Positions 36,894 to 47,118 of a stretch of DNA of 64,000 bases are shown in pieces. This DNA comes from an uncultured Planctomycetaceae bacterium. GTDB lineage: Bacteria; Planctomycetota; Phycisphaerae; SM23-33. The stretch is from assembly GCA_964427875.1 (NCBI GenBank), contig CAYRVX010000009.1, positions 27,600-91,599 on the forward strand, written 5' to 3'. The notes under the pieces are model-generated. The model had not been told where the DNA came from. It searched no databases and saw nothing but the letters and a program-made list of their open reading frames with translations. The translations under genes and the position numbers were made by a program. Numbering within the stretch: position 1 is the first letter of the stretch; every line of letters starts with the position of its first letter.

Positions 36894-39503
36894 ATGCCCT
36901 ATTGCGGATTGCGGATTGCGGATTGCGGATTCTCTGCGCTCGCGGTGACCGCGGCGATCCTGACGTGCTCGTGCCTCGCCGCCGGCGAAGACACCGAATC
37001 GCTCGGCCGGTGCGTGATCTCCGTCGGCTCCAAGGCGATCGACCCGAAGACACACGCCATCGTCACGCCGGAGAAGCCGACGGAGCAGGAGAGCTTCGCC
37101 GCCGAGGACCTCCGGGCGCAGCTCGAGAAGCTGACCGGCAAGGCGCCTTCAGTGGTGAGAGAGGGCGAGCTGGGCGGCAAGACGCCGATCGTCGTGGGCA
37201 AGTGCACGGCCCTGCTGAAGAAGCTCGGGGTGAAGATCGGCTTCGAGGCCCTCGGCGACGAGGGCATCGTCGTCAGGACCAGGGGCGACGCTCTTGTCCT
37301 CGCCGGCAACCGGCGCGGCGTGCTCTACGCCACGTACACGTTCCTGGAGGACTACTGCGGCTGCAAGTGGCTCACGCCCGACTGCACCGTGCTGCCGAAG
37401 AGCGGCCAGTTCCGGATCGCCGACCTCAACGTCCGCTACATCCCCCCGCTGGAGTACCGCTCGACCGACTACCCATGCTCGCGGCCGGCCGAGTGGGCCG
37501 TGCGAAACAAGATCAACGGCACGCAGACGCGGCTCGCCGAGAAGCACGGCGGGAAGATCGCCTACTCGCACTTCGTCCACACGTTCAACAGCATCCTGAA
37601 CCCGGCCGAGCACTTCGCCGAGCACCCGGAATACTTCTCCATGATCGACGGCAAGCGCGTCGGCAAGAGGACGCAACTGTGCCTTACCGACCCGAACGTG
37701 CTGGCCATCGCCAAGCAGACCGTGCGCCGGTGGATCGAGGCCGCCCCCGACGCCACGATCTTCAGCGTCTCCCAGAACGACTGGCACAACTACTGCCGCT
37801 GCCCGAGGTGCGAGGCGCTGGCCAGGAAGGAAGACTCACAGGCCGGGCCCCTGCTGCACTTCGTCAACGCCATCGCCGACGACATCGCCAAGGACTACCC
37901 CGACAAGCTCATCAGCACGCTGGCGTACCAGTACACGCGAAAGCCGCCGAGGCACGTCAGGCCCCGGCCGAACGTCTGCGTCCGCCTGTGCAGCATCGAG
38001 TGCTGCTTCGCGCACCCGCTGGACGTCTGCCCCACCAACCGCACCTTCGTGGACGACATCCGCAACTGGAACAGGATCTGCAACCGGCTGTACATCTGGG
38101 ACTACGTCATCAATTACGCCCACAGCGTTCAGCCGTTCCCCAACCTCCACGTGCTGGCGCCGAACATCCGCTTCTTCATCGCCCGCGGCGTGAAGGGCAT
38201 CTACGAGGAGGCGTGCTACTTCACGCCCGGCTCGGAGCTGGCCGAGCTGCGCACGTGGATCATGGCCAAGACGCTCTGGGACCCGGACTACGACACCGAC
38301 AAGGCGATCGACGAGTTCCTCGCCGGCTACTACGGCCCCGCGGCCGGGCCGCTGCGCAAGTACATCAACCTCATCCACAAGCAGGTCGCCGACCACGCCG
38401 ACTGGCACGCGAACATCTGGTCGCCCCCGACGGCGGCGTACCTCTCGAAGCGAGTCATCACGCGGTCGGCGAAGTACCTCGATGAGGCCGAGGCGGCCGT
38501 GAGGCACGACCCCGTCCTGCTGCGCCGCGTGCGGATCGCCCGCATGCCGGTCCAGTACGTGCAGATCATGACGGCCTCGCGGGGCTACCGCGCCGAGGGC
38601 GACGCGCTCGTCGCCGCCGAAGACGAGAAGGTCTCCGCCAGGATCGACCGCTTCGAGGCCACCGCGCGCAAGGCGGGGCTGAGGCTCGTCCGCGAACACC
38701 ACCAGCACGGCAACCTCGAGGCGTGGCTGAAGAAGGTCCGGCAGGCCCCGAAGGTCCCGATCGTCCGGCTGGAGAACGCCGGGCTGCGGCTCGCCGTCCT
38801 GCCGGGGATCGGCGGGCGCATCTGGCGGATGACCTACAGGCCCACCGGCCGGGACATCCTCAAGCGATATAAGGCCAGCGACGGCGGGGAGGTCCCCGAC
38901 GCCGGCGGCTACGAGGAGTATTCCCAGGGCGAGTACCGCTCGCCCGGCTGGCGGGAGAAGTTCCGCGTCGTGAAGAAGGATAAGGGGTCGGTCGCGCTGG
39001 AGGGGCGGCTGACGAACGGCCTGCGTCTGCGGCGGACGATCCGCCTGCCGGACGACGACGCGGTGGTCGAGATCCACTCGACGCTCACGAACGTCAGCAA
39101 GGGGCCGGCCCGAGCGTGCCTGCGGGCGCATCCGTGCTTCGCCGTCAGGGACGTGAGGAAGGCGGCCGTCCTGATCGGGCGGCCCGGCGGCGCGGTCCTC
39201 CGCAAGTCGCTGGACATCCCCGCGGACCGGAAGCAGGAGACCGACGAGCTCCTCAGCGGGAAGGACATGCCCGCCGGGCAGTGGACGCTTCTCGAACCGG
39301 CCGGGGCGTTGGAGATCACCTCGCGATTCGAGGCCGGGCAGGTCGCCCAGTGCCTGCTGAACCGCAGCATCCCCGACGGCCGCGTCAACCTGGAGCTTTA
39401 CACGAAAGGCGTCGTCCTGAAGCCCGGCGAGTCGATCGAGCTCAAGCACAGCATCGCCGTCCGGAGGGCGCAGAGAGACACGGCGGCCAAGGCCGCCCGC
39501 TGA
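36894..39503 (+). CDS. secreted DUF4838-like glycoside-hydrolase-associated protein
   Basis: RBS ggagg 8 nt upstream of the atg. Signal peptide. Conserved Cys-rich and aromatic blocks (NDWHNYCRCPRCEA..., IWDYVINY...) typical of DUF4838 proteins in CAZyme loci. The track ORF begins at 35844, but that portion overlaps the Gfo gene in another frame. Confidence 0.55.
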   Translation: MPYCGLRIADCGFSALAVTAAILTCSCLAAGEDTESLGRCVISVGSKAIDPKTHAIVTPEKPTEQESFAAEDLRAQLEKLTGKAPSVVREGELGGKTPIVVGKCTALLKKLGVKIGFEALGDEGIVVRTRGDALVLAGNRRGVLYATYTFLEDYCGCKWLTPDCTVLPKSGQFRIADLNVRYIPPLEYRSTDYPCSRPAEWAVRNKINGTQTRLAEKHGGKIAYSHFVHTFNSILNPAEHFAEHPEYFSMIDGKRVGKRTQLCLTDPNVLAIAKQTVRRWIEAAPDATIFSVSQNDWHNYCRCPRCEALARKEDSQAGPLLHFVNAIADDIAKDYPDKLISTLAYQYTRKPPRHVRPRPNVCVRLCSIECCFAHPLDVCPTNRTFVDDIRNWNRICNRLYIWDYVINYAHSVQPFPNLHVLAPNIRFFIARGVKGIYEEACYFTPGSELAELRTWIMAKTLWDPDYDTDKAIDEFLAGYYGPAAGPLRKYINLIHKQVADHADWHANIWSPPTAAYLSKRVITRSAKYLDEAEAAVRHDPVLLRRVRIARMPVQYVQIMTASRGYRAEGDALVAAEDEKVSARIDRFEATARKAGLRLVREHHQHGNLEAWLKKVRQAPKVPIVRLENAGLRLAVLPGIGGRIWRMTYRPTGRDILKRYKASDGGEVPDAGGYEEYSQGEYRSPGWREKFRVVKKDKGSVALEGRLTNGLRLRRTIRLPDDDAVVEIHSTLTNVSKGPARACLRAHPCFAVRDVRKAAVLIGRPGGAVLRKSLDIPADRKQETDELLSGKDMPAGQWTLLEPAGALEITSRFEAGQVAQCLLNRSIPDGRVNLELYTKGVVLKPGESIELKHSIAVRRAQRDTAAKAAR
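36901..36931. repeat. heptanucleotide tandem repeat (ATTGCGG)x4.4 inside the first 13 codons of the downstream gene
   Basis: attgcgg attgcgg attgcgg attgcgg att. Unit length is not a multiple of 3. Confidence 0.9.
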
Positions 39504-39866
39504 ACGGGCGTGGCCGCCGTTGGTCGGCGTGGAAACAAAATTATTCAAAAAATGTCAAAATAGTTGAAAACCAAGCGGCGTTTCGTGTGTATAATAAGGG
39601 TCGGAGGCACGGTTGTGGGGTGGCTTGATCGGACGAGCCCAAAGCCCAGTGGAAGACGCCATAAGTCTTTTTACGAAACAAAGCCATTTTTCGCCGGATC
39701 GCCTGTAAGACCCTATTTGACAAGCACTTGCAGCGGACCGCCCGGGATTTTGCCTTTGGCGGGATCTGCTCGCCGGAATCCGGCCTGGCGGCGGAGCGGC
39801 CGGCCCAGCCGCGGGGACTTGCGTCTATAAGAGATTCACCTATATCGGCTTAAGCGCCAGAGTCGT

Positions 39867-42245
39867 CTACCTTCGAGTCAGGTCCGCGCCGAGGCGGATG
39901 CTCTTGCCGGCCTGGGTCTTCAGGTCCACCACCTTGCCGGCGCAGCGGACCTTGCAGGCGCCGGTCCGCGCGGGCCGCAGCTCTGCCTCGGCGAGCTTGC
40001 CGTCCTTCCAGGCGATGTCCACCTCGAAGCCGCCGCGGGCGCGGAGGCCCTTCACGCTGCCGCTGGGCCAGGCGTCCGGCAGGGCCGGCAGCAGGTGGAC
40101 CTCGCCGGGCAGGAGCGACCCGGGCGAGTGCGCGTGCGACTGGAGCAGCATCTCGGCGATGCCGGCACAGCCGCCGAAGTTGCCGTCGATCTGGAACGGC
40201 GGATGCAGGTCGAAGAGGTTCGCCGCGGTTCGCCCGGGGGCCAGCAGCGCGGCGAGGATCTTGTACGCGTGATTGCCGTCGGCGAAGCGAGCCCAGAGGT
40301 TGACCTTCCAGCCGAGGCTCCAGCCCGTCCCGCCGTCGCCGCGGAACTCCAGCGACTTCCGGGCCGCCGCGCACAGCTCCGGCGTGCCGCGAGGCGTGAT
40401 CTCCCACCCGGGGTGCACGCCCCACAGGTGCGAGACGTGACGATGACGGTTCCGCGGGTTGTCCTTGTCCTCCAGCCACTCCTGGAGCTGGCCGTGCTGG
40501 CCGACCCGGTTCGGCGCGATCCGCTTGCGCACGTCCGCGAGCTTCGTGCGGAGGTCCTCGTCGACGCCGAGGATGCGGCCGGCCTCGATGCACGTGCCCA
40601 GCAGGTGGCGGATGATCTGGTGGTCCATGGTGGGCCCCATGACCAGCCCGCCCTGTTCCGGGGAGTTCGACGGCCCGGAGATCAGCCGCCTGGTCTTCGG
40701 GTCCTCGACGAGGAAATCGGCGAAGAACAGCGACGCCTCCTTGATCACGGGATACGCCCGCCTGGCGAGGAAGTCCCTGTCGAGCGTGAAGAGGTAGCGC
40801 TCCCAGAGGTGCGTGGCGAGCCACGCCCCGCCCGTCACCCAGATGCCGTGGTTGGAGTTGTTGATCGGGGCCGCGCCGCGCCACAGGTCGGCGTTGTGGT
40901 GAAGGACCCAGCCGCGGCAGTTGTAGTGCGCCTTGGCCACCTTCCGGCCGGTGATCGCCACCTCGCCGATCAGGTCGAACAGCGGCTCGTGGCATTCCGA
41001 GAGGTTGCACAGCTCGGCCGGCCAGTAGTTCATCTCCGTGTTGATGTTGACAGTCCACTTGGACTCCCAGGGCGGGCGGACCCTCTCGTTCCAGATGCCC
41101 TGGAGGTTCGCCGGCTGCGTTCCGGGGCGCGAGCTGGCGATCATGAGGTAGCGGCCGAACTGGAAGTACAGCGCGGCCAGTTGCGGGTCCTTGCCCTCGC
41201 CGAAGCCCTTGATCCGCTCGTCGGTCGGGCGGTTCATCGCATCGGTCTCGCCGAGGTCCAGCGCCACACGGCCGAAGAGCCCGCGGTGGTCGGCGACGTG
41301 GGCCTTGCGGATCTCGTCGTAGCTCTTGCCGGCCACGGCCCGGACGGCCTTCTCGCATCGCGCCTTCGGGTCGGCGCCGACGTCGTGGAAGTTCCTGTAG
41401 TTCGTGGCGGCCACGAGCTTCAGCGTCGCCGCGTCGGCGCCGGTCACCTCCGCGCCCTCCTCGGTGACCTTGACCGTGCCGCCGTCGGCCTCGACCAGCA
41501 GACGCGCCTCGTACCGCATGGCGTTGGGGACCTCCCGCCGCCCCGCGGGATGCCCCTGGGGCTTGATCCGCCCGCGAAGGGCGAGCTGGTCACCGCCCGC
41601 GGCCACTGCGGCCGGCTGGTCCGGCTGCGGGCTCGTCAGCTTCGCCGTGAAGCTCACCGAGCCGGTCTTGTCGGCCGCGATCCGCACCACGATCGCCTGG
41701 TCCGGGAAGCTGCTGAGCACCTCGCGGCGAAACGTCGCGCCGCCGATCTTGTAGCTCACGGACGCGACGGCCGAGTCGAGGTCCAAAGCCCGGCGATACT
41801 CGGTCGGCTTGTCGTGGCCGTCGAAGTGCAGCAGGAGGTCGCCGAACGGCTGGTAGGCCATCTGCCGCAGCGGGACGCTCATGAAGTGCTTCATTCCCAG
41901 GGCGTGGGCCTCGCGCTGCTTGCCCTCGGCGAGCAGCCTCCGGAGCGTGGGCAGGTGCTCGGCGGCGCCGGCGTGCTGATACTCGTGCGGCCCGCCGGTC
42001 CAGAGGGTGTCCTCGTTGAACTGGATCCTCTCGTCGGCCGAGCCGCCGAAGACCATCGCGCCGAGCCGCCCGTTGCCGACGGCGAGCGCCTCGGTCCACG
42101 CCTTGGCCGGCTTGGTGTACCTGAGCGTCAGCGGGTGGCCAGATGGTTTCGCACAGGCGGAAGTCCCCGCCGCCAGCATCACCGGCAGGAAACAAGCCGC
42201 CAGGACCACCCACTCGACCTGCATCGTCTGAGCGCACTTCGTCAT
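39867..42245 (-). CDS. GH95 alpha-L-fucosidase
   Basis: Signal peptide. [12 protein letters not shown]...[10 protein letters not shown] (GH95 N-terminal signature). 790-810 aa, typical for the family. Confidence 0.85.
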   Translation of the reverse strand: MTKCAQTMQVEWVVLAACFLPVMLAAGTSACAKPSGHPLTLRYTKPAKAWTEALAVGNGRLGAMVFGGSADERIQFNEDTLWTGGPHEYQHAGAAEHLPTLRRLLAEGKQREAHALGMKHFMSVPLRQMAYQPFGDLLLHFDGHDKPTEYRRALDLDSAVASVSYKIGGATFRREVLSSFPDQAIVVRIAADKTGSVSFTAKLTSPQPDQPAAVAAGGDQLALRGRIKPQGHPAGRREVPNAMRYEARLLVEADGGTVKVTEEGAEVTGADAATLKLVAATNYRNFHDVGADPKARCEKAVRAVAGKSYDEIRKAHVADHRGLFGRVALDLGETDAMNRPTDERIKGFGEGKDPQLAALYFQFGRYLMIASSRPGTQPANLQGIWNERVRPPWESKWTVNINTEMNYWPAELCNLSECHEPLFDLIGEVAITGRKVAKAHYNCRGWVLHHNADLWRGAAPINNSNHGIWVTGGAWLATHLWERYLFTLDRDFLARRAYPVIKEASLFFADFLVEDPKTRRLISGPSNSPEQGGLVMGPTMDHQIIRHLLGTCIEAGRILGVDEDLRTKLADVRKRIAPNRVGQHGQLQEWLEDKDNPRNRHRHVSHLWGVHPGWEITPRGTPELCAAARKSLEFRGDGGTGWSLGWKVNLWARFADGNHAYKILAALLAPGRTAANLFDLHPPFQIDGNFGGCAGIAEMLLQSHAHSPGSLLPGEVHLLPALPDAWPSGSVKGLRARGGFEVDIAWKDGKLAEAELRPARTGACKVRCAGKVVDLKTQAGKSIRLGADLTRR

Positions 42246-42420
42246 GGTCTTCTCCTTCCCGGACAGGACGAACATTACAGCAAGGCAGTGCCCCAATATC
42301 GCGTATTCGGCCGCCTCGGTCCAGCGAACTTGCTTCCCGAGGCGGGGGCAGCTACCTTACGAGCAGCCCGGGCCGCGGCCGCCCGGTCCAGGTTCTCAGG
42401 CGTTCCAGGAGCACGCTGCA

Positions 42421-43290
42421 ATGGCCATTTCGCTACAGACGATCAAGGCGGGCCTGACCGAACTGGGCCTCAAGCAGGGCGACGTCGTGCTGGTACACAG
42501 CGACCTGCGCACTTTGGGCAGGCCGCGCGACCTCGTCAAGCTGCCCAATTGCGGGGCGGACCTCATTATCGACGCCTTTCTTGATGTGGTCGGTCCGGAA
42601 GGGCTGGTGGTCTTCCCCGTGTTCACCAAGTCGTTCGAGCCAGGCCAGCCCGGCCCCAGCGGAGACGTGTACGATCCGAGATCCACCCGCAGCCGCGTGG
42701 GAAGCATCACGGACATCTTCCGGCGGCGAGAGGGCGCGGTGCGCAGCTTGCAGCCGACGCATCCCGTCGCGGCCATCGGCAGCCGGGCCGAGGAGTTCTG
42801 CGATGCCCCGGCCGATCAATCCACGTTCGATCGCCGCGGCCCGTGGGGGAAGATGCATGACTGGGACGGCTATGTCTGCTGGTTCGGGACGGACAACCGC
42901 ACGAACACCACGGTGCACGCGGTGGAAGACTGGATGGACATGCCCTATATGGCCGACGCCTACGCCCTCGTCCGGGGGCCGGACGGACAGCCGGTGCGAA
43001 CGAAGGTGACCAAGTCGCCGGCCGGGCCGAGAGACTTCTACCGCAAAGACTCCAAGGCGGCAAAGGTCCTGGAGGCCAGCGGGATCATCAGGACCACGCG
43101 AATCGGCCGGGCCGACGTGTCACTCATGAAGGTCCGCGAGCTCCACGCCGTGCTCCGCGAGGCCATCATCAACGACCCCTGCCTGCTGCTGAAGGAAGAG
43201 ACAGAGAGCGATGAGTGGACCCGCAGGGCCCGCGACGAGACGATCCGGCACGTCCGCGGCAAGTTCGGCGGGCCGGAAAGCCCGACCTGA
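42421..43290 (+). CDS. AAC(3)-family (aminoglycoside 3-N-acetyltransferase fold) protein
   Basis: GDVVLVHSDLRTLG ... LVVFPVFT ... HAVEDWMDMPY pattern of the Antibiotic_NAT family. Confidence 0.65.
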   Translation: MAISLQTIKAGLTELGLKQGDVVLVHSDLRTLGRPRDLVKLPNCGADLIIDAFLDVVGPEGLVVFPVFTKSFEPGQPGPSGDVYDPRSTRSRVGSITDIFRRREGAVRSLQPTHPVAAIGSRAEEFCDAPADQSTFDRRGPWGKMHDWDGYVCWFGTDNRTNTTVHAVEDWMDMPYMADAYALVRGPDGQPVRTKVTKSPAGPRDFYRKDSKAAKVLEASGIIRTTRIGRADVSLMKVRELHAVLREAIINDPCLLLKEETESDEWTRRARDETIRHVRGKFGGPESPT

Positions 43291-43298
43291 GACCCCGG

Positions 43299-44714
43299 TC
43301 ACGTGTAGGCGACGTCCACTCTCATGGCCGGGGATTCGCCCAGCTCTTCCGCCGTGATGAAGTCTTCGTGCGGCCGGCCGTCCACGAGCACTTGGGGCTG
43401 ATCGCCGCGGCGGCCGATCCAGTCGGCGATGCGGGCCATCTTCCCGCAGGCGTACACGAACGCACAGCTCAGCCAGACGCTCGCGCCGCGCTCGCCGCCG
43501 ATCTTCGAGAGGGCGTCGTTCCAGTCGCCGTAGCCGATCCGGCACAGGCCGCGTGGGCCAGGCTTCTCCCAGAGATTCCGCACGGCCAGGCAGGCGTGGT
43601 CGTAGACGCCCAGCAGGTCCTGGAGGACGTCGCGGCAGCCGACTTTATCCAGCGCCCGGACGAAGCGCGCCTGGTTCCGCGCCTGGTACCGCGACCAGAC
43701 GTTGAAGTAGCGGTCGAGCTTCACATCCGGCGTGCGGATCGCCAGAGAGCGAACCTCCCGCCGCCAGATGCCGGCCAGTTCGGCGGCCGCCTCGGCCGGG
43801 CGGGACAGCACTTCGTCTCGCACGCGGCGGACGAGCTCGCGGCGCTCCCGCTCGTCGACCGGGCACCTGCCGTAGACAAGCGTCCACGTCCGCTGCTCGG
43901 CCGCGGGGAGCTTCGCGTCAAACTGCCCGGCGGCGATCAGTCCCGCATACGGCTGGAGGCCCGGCGAGTCGAAGCAGCGGCCCCGCGCCACGGCTGCGGG
44001 GACCGCAGCGCGCCCGGGCCCGCCGTCGAAGACCTCCGCCATCATGTCGAATCCGTCCAGCGGCTCGGCCGCGGCAAGAAAGGCCGCACGCGGGTGCCTG
44101 TTGTTCTGATCGTGGTTGAGGAAGACCGTCGCCCCGTCCTCGATCCGCCCCTCGCAGACCACGCGCGGCACGAAGTAATAGAACGGGTAGCTGTCGACGT
44201 TGATGTTCAGGCGGAAGAACCACGACAGCTTCCGGGCCGCGTCCGTCCGGTTGGCCAGCGACAGGCGCCAGACCTCCAGCGGCAGCGACGGGTGAACGAG
44301 CACGTGCAGGCGGCCCTCGATGCCCGCCCGGAGGCAGCTCACTTCATACGTGTCCATGCCGAGGCGGCACTCGAAGTCGGCGTACTGCTGCTCCTCGTAG
44401 CCGGCGACGGGGAAGATGGGCCAGCTCGCGCCGCCCTCGTGGATGAAGAGCTCCCGCACGTCCTGCGGGCCCGGGGCCGTGGGCACGTAGTTCGTGTCCA
44501 GGTGGCTCGTCATCCTGCCGGCCAACACGCTGTCCACGCAGGAGAACCCCCCGCGGTGCTGGTCCCAGAACGACCCCCACTGCCCGGTCGGCTCGTGGTG
44601 GCTGGACGCCATCAGGTGCAGCATCGGCCGGGGCGTATCCAGCCGGCGCAGGACGACCTCCCCGCCGGCCACCAGGCCGTCCAGTTTGTCCTCCGCGCCG
44701 CAGCGTGGGTCCAT
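43299..44714 (-). CDS. GH94/GH65-superfamily-like protein, apparently C-terminally truncated
   Basis: GYGDWNDALSKIGGERGASVWLSCAFVYA mirrors the cellobiose-phosphorylase catalytic DWND...GESV segment. In full-length homologs, ~300 aa follow this motif. Here the ORF stops 45 aa later, 9 bp from the convergent AAC(3) gene. Confidence 0.4.
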   Translation of the reverse strand: MDPRCGAEDKLDGLVAGGEVVLRRLDTPRPMLHLMASSHHEPTGQWGSFWDQHRGGFSCVDSVLAGRMTSHLDTNYVPTAPGPQDVRELFIHEGGASWPIFPVAGYEEQQYADFECRLGMDTYEVSCLRAGIEGRLHVLVHPSLPLEVWRLSLANRTDAARKLSWFFRLNINVDSYPFYYFVPRVVCEGRIEDGATVFLNHDQNNRHPRAAFLAAAEPLDGFDMMAEVFDGGPGRAAVPAAVARGRCFDSPGLQPYAGLIAAGQFDAKLPAAEQRTWTLVYGRCPVDERERRELVRRVRDEVLSRPAEAAAELAGIWRREVRSLAIRTPDVKLDRYFNVWSRYQARNQARFVRALDKVGCRDVLQDLLGVYDHACLAVRNLWEKPGPRGLCRIGYGDWNDALSKIGGERGASVWLSCAFVYACGKMARIADWIGRRGDQPQVLVDGRPHEDFITAEELGESPAMRVDVAYT

Positions 44715-44768
44715 GTTCTGCTCTTCATCTTCTCGGCGTTCTCAGCGGTCTCGGCGCGAGGTGCCGTT

Positions 44769-47087
44769 CTACCGCTCGGAGACGTCCTCGAAGGCGGACT
44801 CGGGGTCGGCGCACATCCGCGGGCGGGCGGCGAAGACGTCCGGGCCGATGGCCTTGCCGGTGTCTTCCGTGACGAACAGCTTCACGACGGCGCAGTTCCT
44901 GTACCCGTCCATCGCCACGGCGAGGAACGTGCCGTCGAACTTGAAGGGCACGTCGCGCATCTCGCCGTCGCCCGGGAGCATCACGCCCACGCGGGTCACG
45001 TCGCAGCCGCGCTTCACGCGGAACAGGGCGTAGGGGGTCCGGCCGTACGTGATCTCGTCCTCGTCGGAGACGTGGTCGTTGATGATCCCCGCCACGTAGC
45101 CGCCGGGGGCGGTGTAGAGCTTCCCGCGGGAGCTCGCGGGCACTCGCATCGGGTCCGGCTCGAAGCAGAGCACCCGCCGGCGGAACTGCTCGTACAGGGG
45201 CAGGTATCGCCGGTAGAGGGCGATGTTCCCGTCGGTCCGCTCGACGAGCGTCGGCCAGGCGCCGTGCAGCACGCTGCGGCGGAGGTAGAAGTCCACCGGC
45301 TCCTCCGGCCGCGTGAACAGGAAGAACAGCGGGCACGCGATGGAGGCCCAGAAGAACTTCTCCTCATAGACGTCCCCGCAGCCCTCCAGGAGCTGGCCGT
45401 CCACGTACCGCATCGAGCGGATGCTCATCGGCTTGTTGGCGAAGCACGTCAGGTCCCGGGGGGCGAGGACGTCCTCGGCGATCATCCGCTGGATCCGATC
45501 GTAGCTGCGGTTCATGCTGTAGCAGGGCTTGCCGTTGACCACCGTGACGCCGTCGTCGTGGGCGAAGTCGATCTCGTAGTGGCGGAAGCAGTCCAGGAAG
45601 AAGCCGCTGAGCATCGGGTAGTCGTCGAAGATCTTCCCCGCCGATTCGCGGCAGAACTTCCCGAAGCTCCATCTCGGGTCGGCGTTCATGTTGTGGCACA
45701 TGTACCAGCCGCTGGGGATGGGCTCGCCGTCCTCGTCGCGGCTGATCGAGTCCGGCCAGTCCTTCTCGACCCGCGGCCGGTAGCCGTCGGTGTAGTTGAA
45801 GTACCAGTGGCACGCGATGCCGGCGTCGGCGAGCACCTGGAGGCGGCGCCTGACGTCGGCGCGCGTGTGATACAGCCGCGCCGGGTGCTCCTCGGAGACG
45901 TACTCGGCGATCTCCTCATCGCTGTGGTCGGCGAGGAACTGCTCGACGTCGGCGGCGCTGACGGGCGAGGGCGCCTGCCACGCCTTCGGCGAGTCCTTGC
46001 CCGTGCGCTCGCGGACCATCCTGTGGTAGACGCGCTCCCTGGTCCTGTTGCGCAGCCACCTGTCCTTCCCATCGTTGAAGTAGTCGCAGTACTGCGAGAA
46101 GTGGCCGTGCACCTCGAGCGTCTTGAGCCCCATGGCGAGCAGCTTGTCCACCTCGTCGGAGTCGTCCACGCCGCCGCAGAGGAAGCCGCCTTCCCGCTCG
46201 TGGATGGCCGGGTTGTGCGGATCGAAGTACTCCCGCCAGCGGCGGTAGACCATTCCCAACCCGCACCGCCAGTCGCCCTCGTGGAACAGCAGCATCACCT
46301 TCGTCCGCATGGGGCGCTCGCCCACCAGGCCGACGTAGTAGTTCACCGCCTCCAGCACGGGGATCGTCCTGAGGTCCTTGTGCATGGAGCCCCAGTTGAA
46401 GCACTTCTCGCCGTTGTTGAAGATGAACTTGGCGGCCGGGACGTTCGCGTCGATCGGCTCGACCATCGAGTAGCCGACGTTCAGCTCGCGATGGTAGTGG
46501 CTGACCATCGGCAGGATGATCTCCTGGCGGCTGACGTAGGGGACCTGGACGTACATGAGCTCGAACGGCGTCATGCCGTCGAAGGTGATCTCCCCGTGCG
46601 CGCACGGCGCCCACACGTCCCACCCGGCGATCAGCGGGAAGCGGAAGTACACGCGCAGCGACCGGTCGGCCACGTCCGGCGAGGCCTTCTCGGCCGTGAC
46701 CTCCCAGTGGAGGGCGTCATCTTCGAGCCGCAGCTCCATCCCGACGGTGAACGGCGCATCGGCGTAGCGGCGCGTCAGGTGGATGCTGTTGCCGTCGTGG
46801 CGAGCGTCGTGGATCGTAAACGGCGTCCGCAGGTCGTCGTACCAGCGGTCGTCGGCCTCGTCGTAGACGCGCACGGCCCCCACGTAGCCGGGGATCCCGC
46901 CGCGGAGCTGCCGGAAGAGGTCCAGGCCGGCACGCTTGAACAGCAGCGAGCGGATCAGGCCGGTCCGGCTTTCCACGTCCATCGCCACGCCGGCGTTTTC
47001 CAGCCGCCACGTGTCCGTCGAGCCGAGGTCGGCTAACCGATCTCCAGGTAGTTCTCCGCCTGGGTCTCCGGAATCTGGGGACGCCAT
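44769..47087 (-). CDS. large hypothetical protein (possible glycoside-hydrolase-like)
   Basis: 772-aa ORF with non-repetitive, balanced composition and Trp/Tyr-rich blocks. No family recognised from memory. Confidence 0.45.
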   Translation of the reverse strand: MASPDSGDPGGELPGDRLADLGSTDTWRLENAGVAMDVESRTGLIRSLLFKRAGLDLFRQLRGGIPGYVGAVRVYDEADDRWYDDLRTPFTIHDARHDGNSIHLTRRYADAPFTVGMELRLEDDALHWEVTAEKASPDVADRSLRVYFRFPLIAGWDVWAPCAHGEITFDGMTPFELMYVQVPYVSRQEIILPMVSHYHRELNVGYSMVEPIDANVPAAKFIFNNGEKCFNWGSMHKDLRTIPVLEAVNYYVGLVGERPMRTKVMLLFHEGDWRCGLGMVYRRWREYFDPHNPAIHEREGGFLCGGVDDSDEVDKLLAMGLKTLEVHGHFSQYCDYFNDGKDRWLRNRTRERVYHRMVRERTGKDSPKAWQAPSPVSAADVEQFLADHSDEEIAEYVSEEHPARLYHTRADVRRRLQVLADAGIACHWYFNYTDGYRPRVEKDWPDSISRDEDGEPIPSGWYMCHNMNADPRWSFGKFCRESAGKIFDDYPMLSGFFLDCFRHYEIDFAHDDGVTVVNGKPCYSMNRSYDRIQRMIAEDVLAPRDLTCFANKPMSIRSMRYVDGQLLEGCGDVYEEKFFWASIACPLFFLFTRPEEPVDFYLRRSVLHGAWPTLVERTDGNIALYRRYLPLYEQFRRRVLCFEPDPMRVPASSRGKLYTAPGGYVAGIINDHVSDEDEITYGRTPYALFRVKRGCDVTRVGVMLPGDGEMRDVPFKFDGTFLAVAMDGYRNCAVVKLFVTEDTGKAIGPDVFAARPRMCADPESAFEDVSER

Positions 47088-47118
47088 TGGGACTCCTGCT
47101 CCCTGGGATGCTCGCGGG

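Noticed and set aside
34834-39548. Long minus-strand ORFs 34834-37053 and 37836-39548
   Set aside because: Antisense to well-supported plus-strand genes (FGE, Gfo, DUF4838-like). Biased composition. Artefacts.
39564-39830. 88-aa ORF in the AT-rich convergent spacer
   Set aside because: Low-complexity, no RBS, composition inconsistent with the genome's coding regions. The region is treated as non-coding and as a possible sRNA locus instead.
43215-47036. 1273-aa + strand ORF
   Set aside because: Antisense to two convincing minus-strand genes. Extremely Ala/Val/Gly/Arg-rich. Artefact of the stop-poor high-GC reverse frame.
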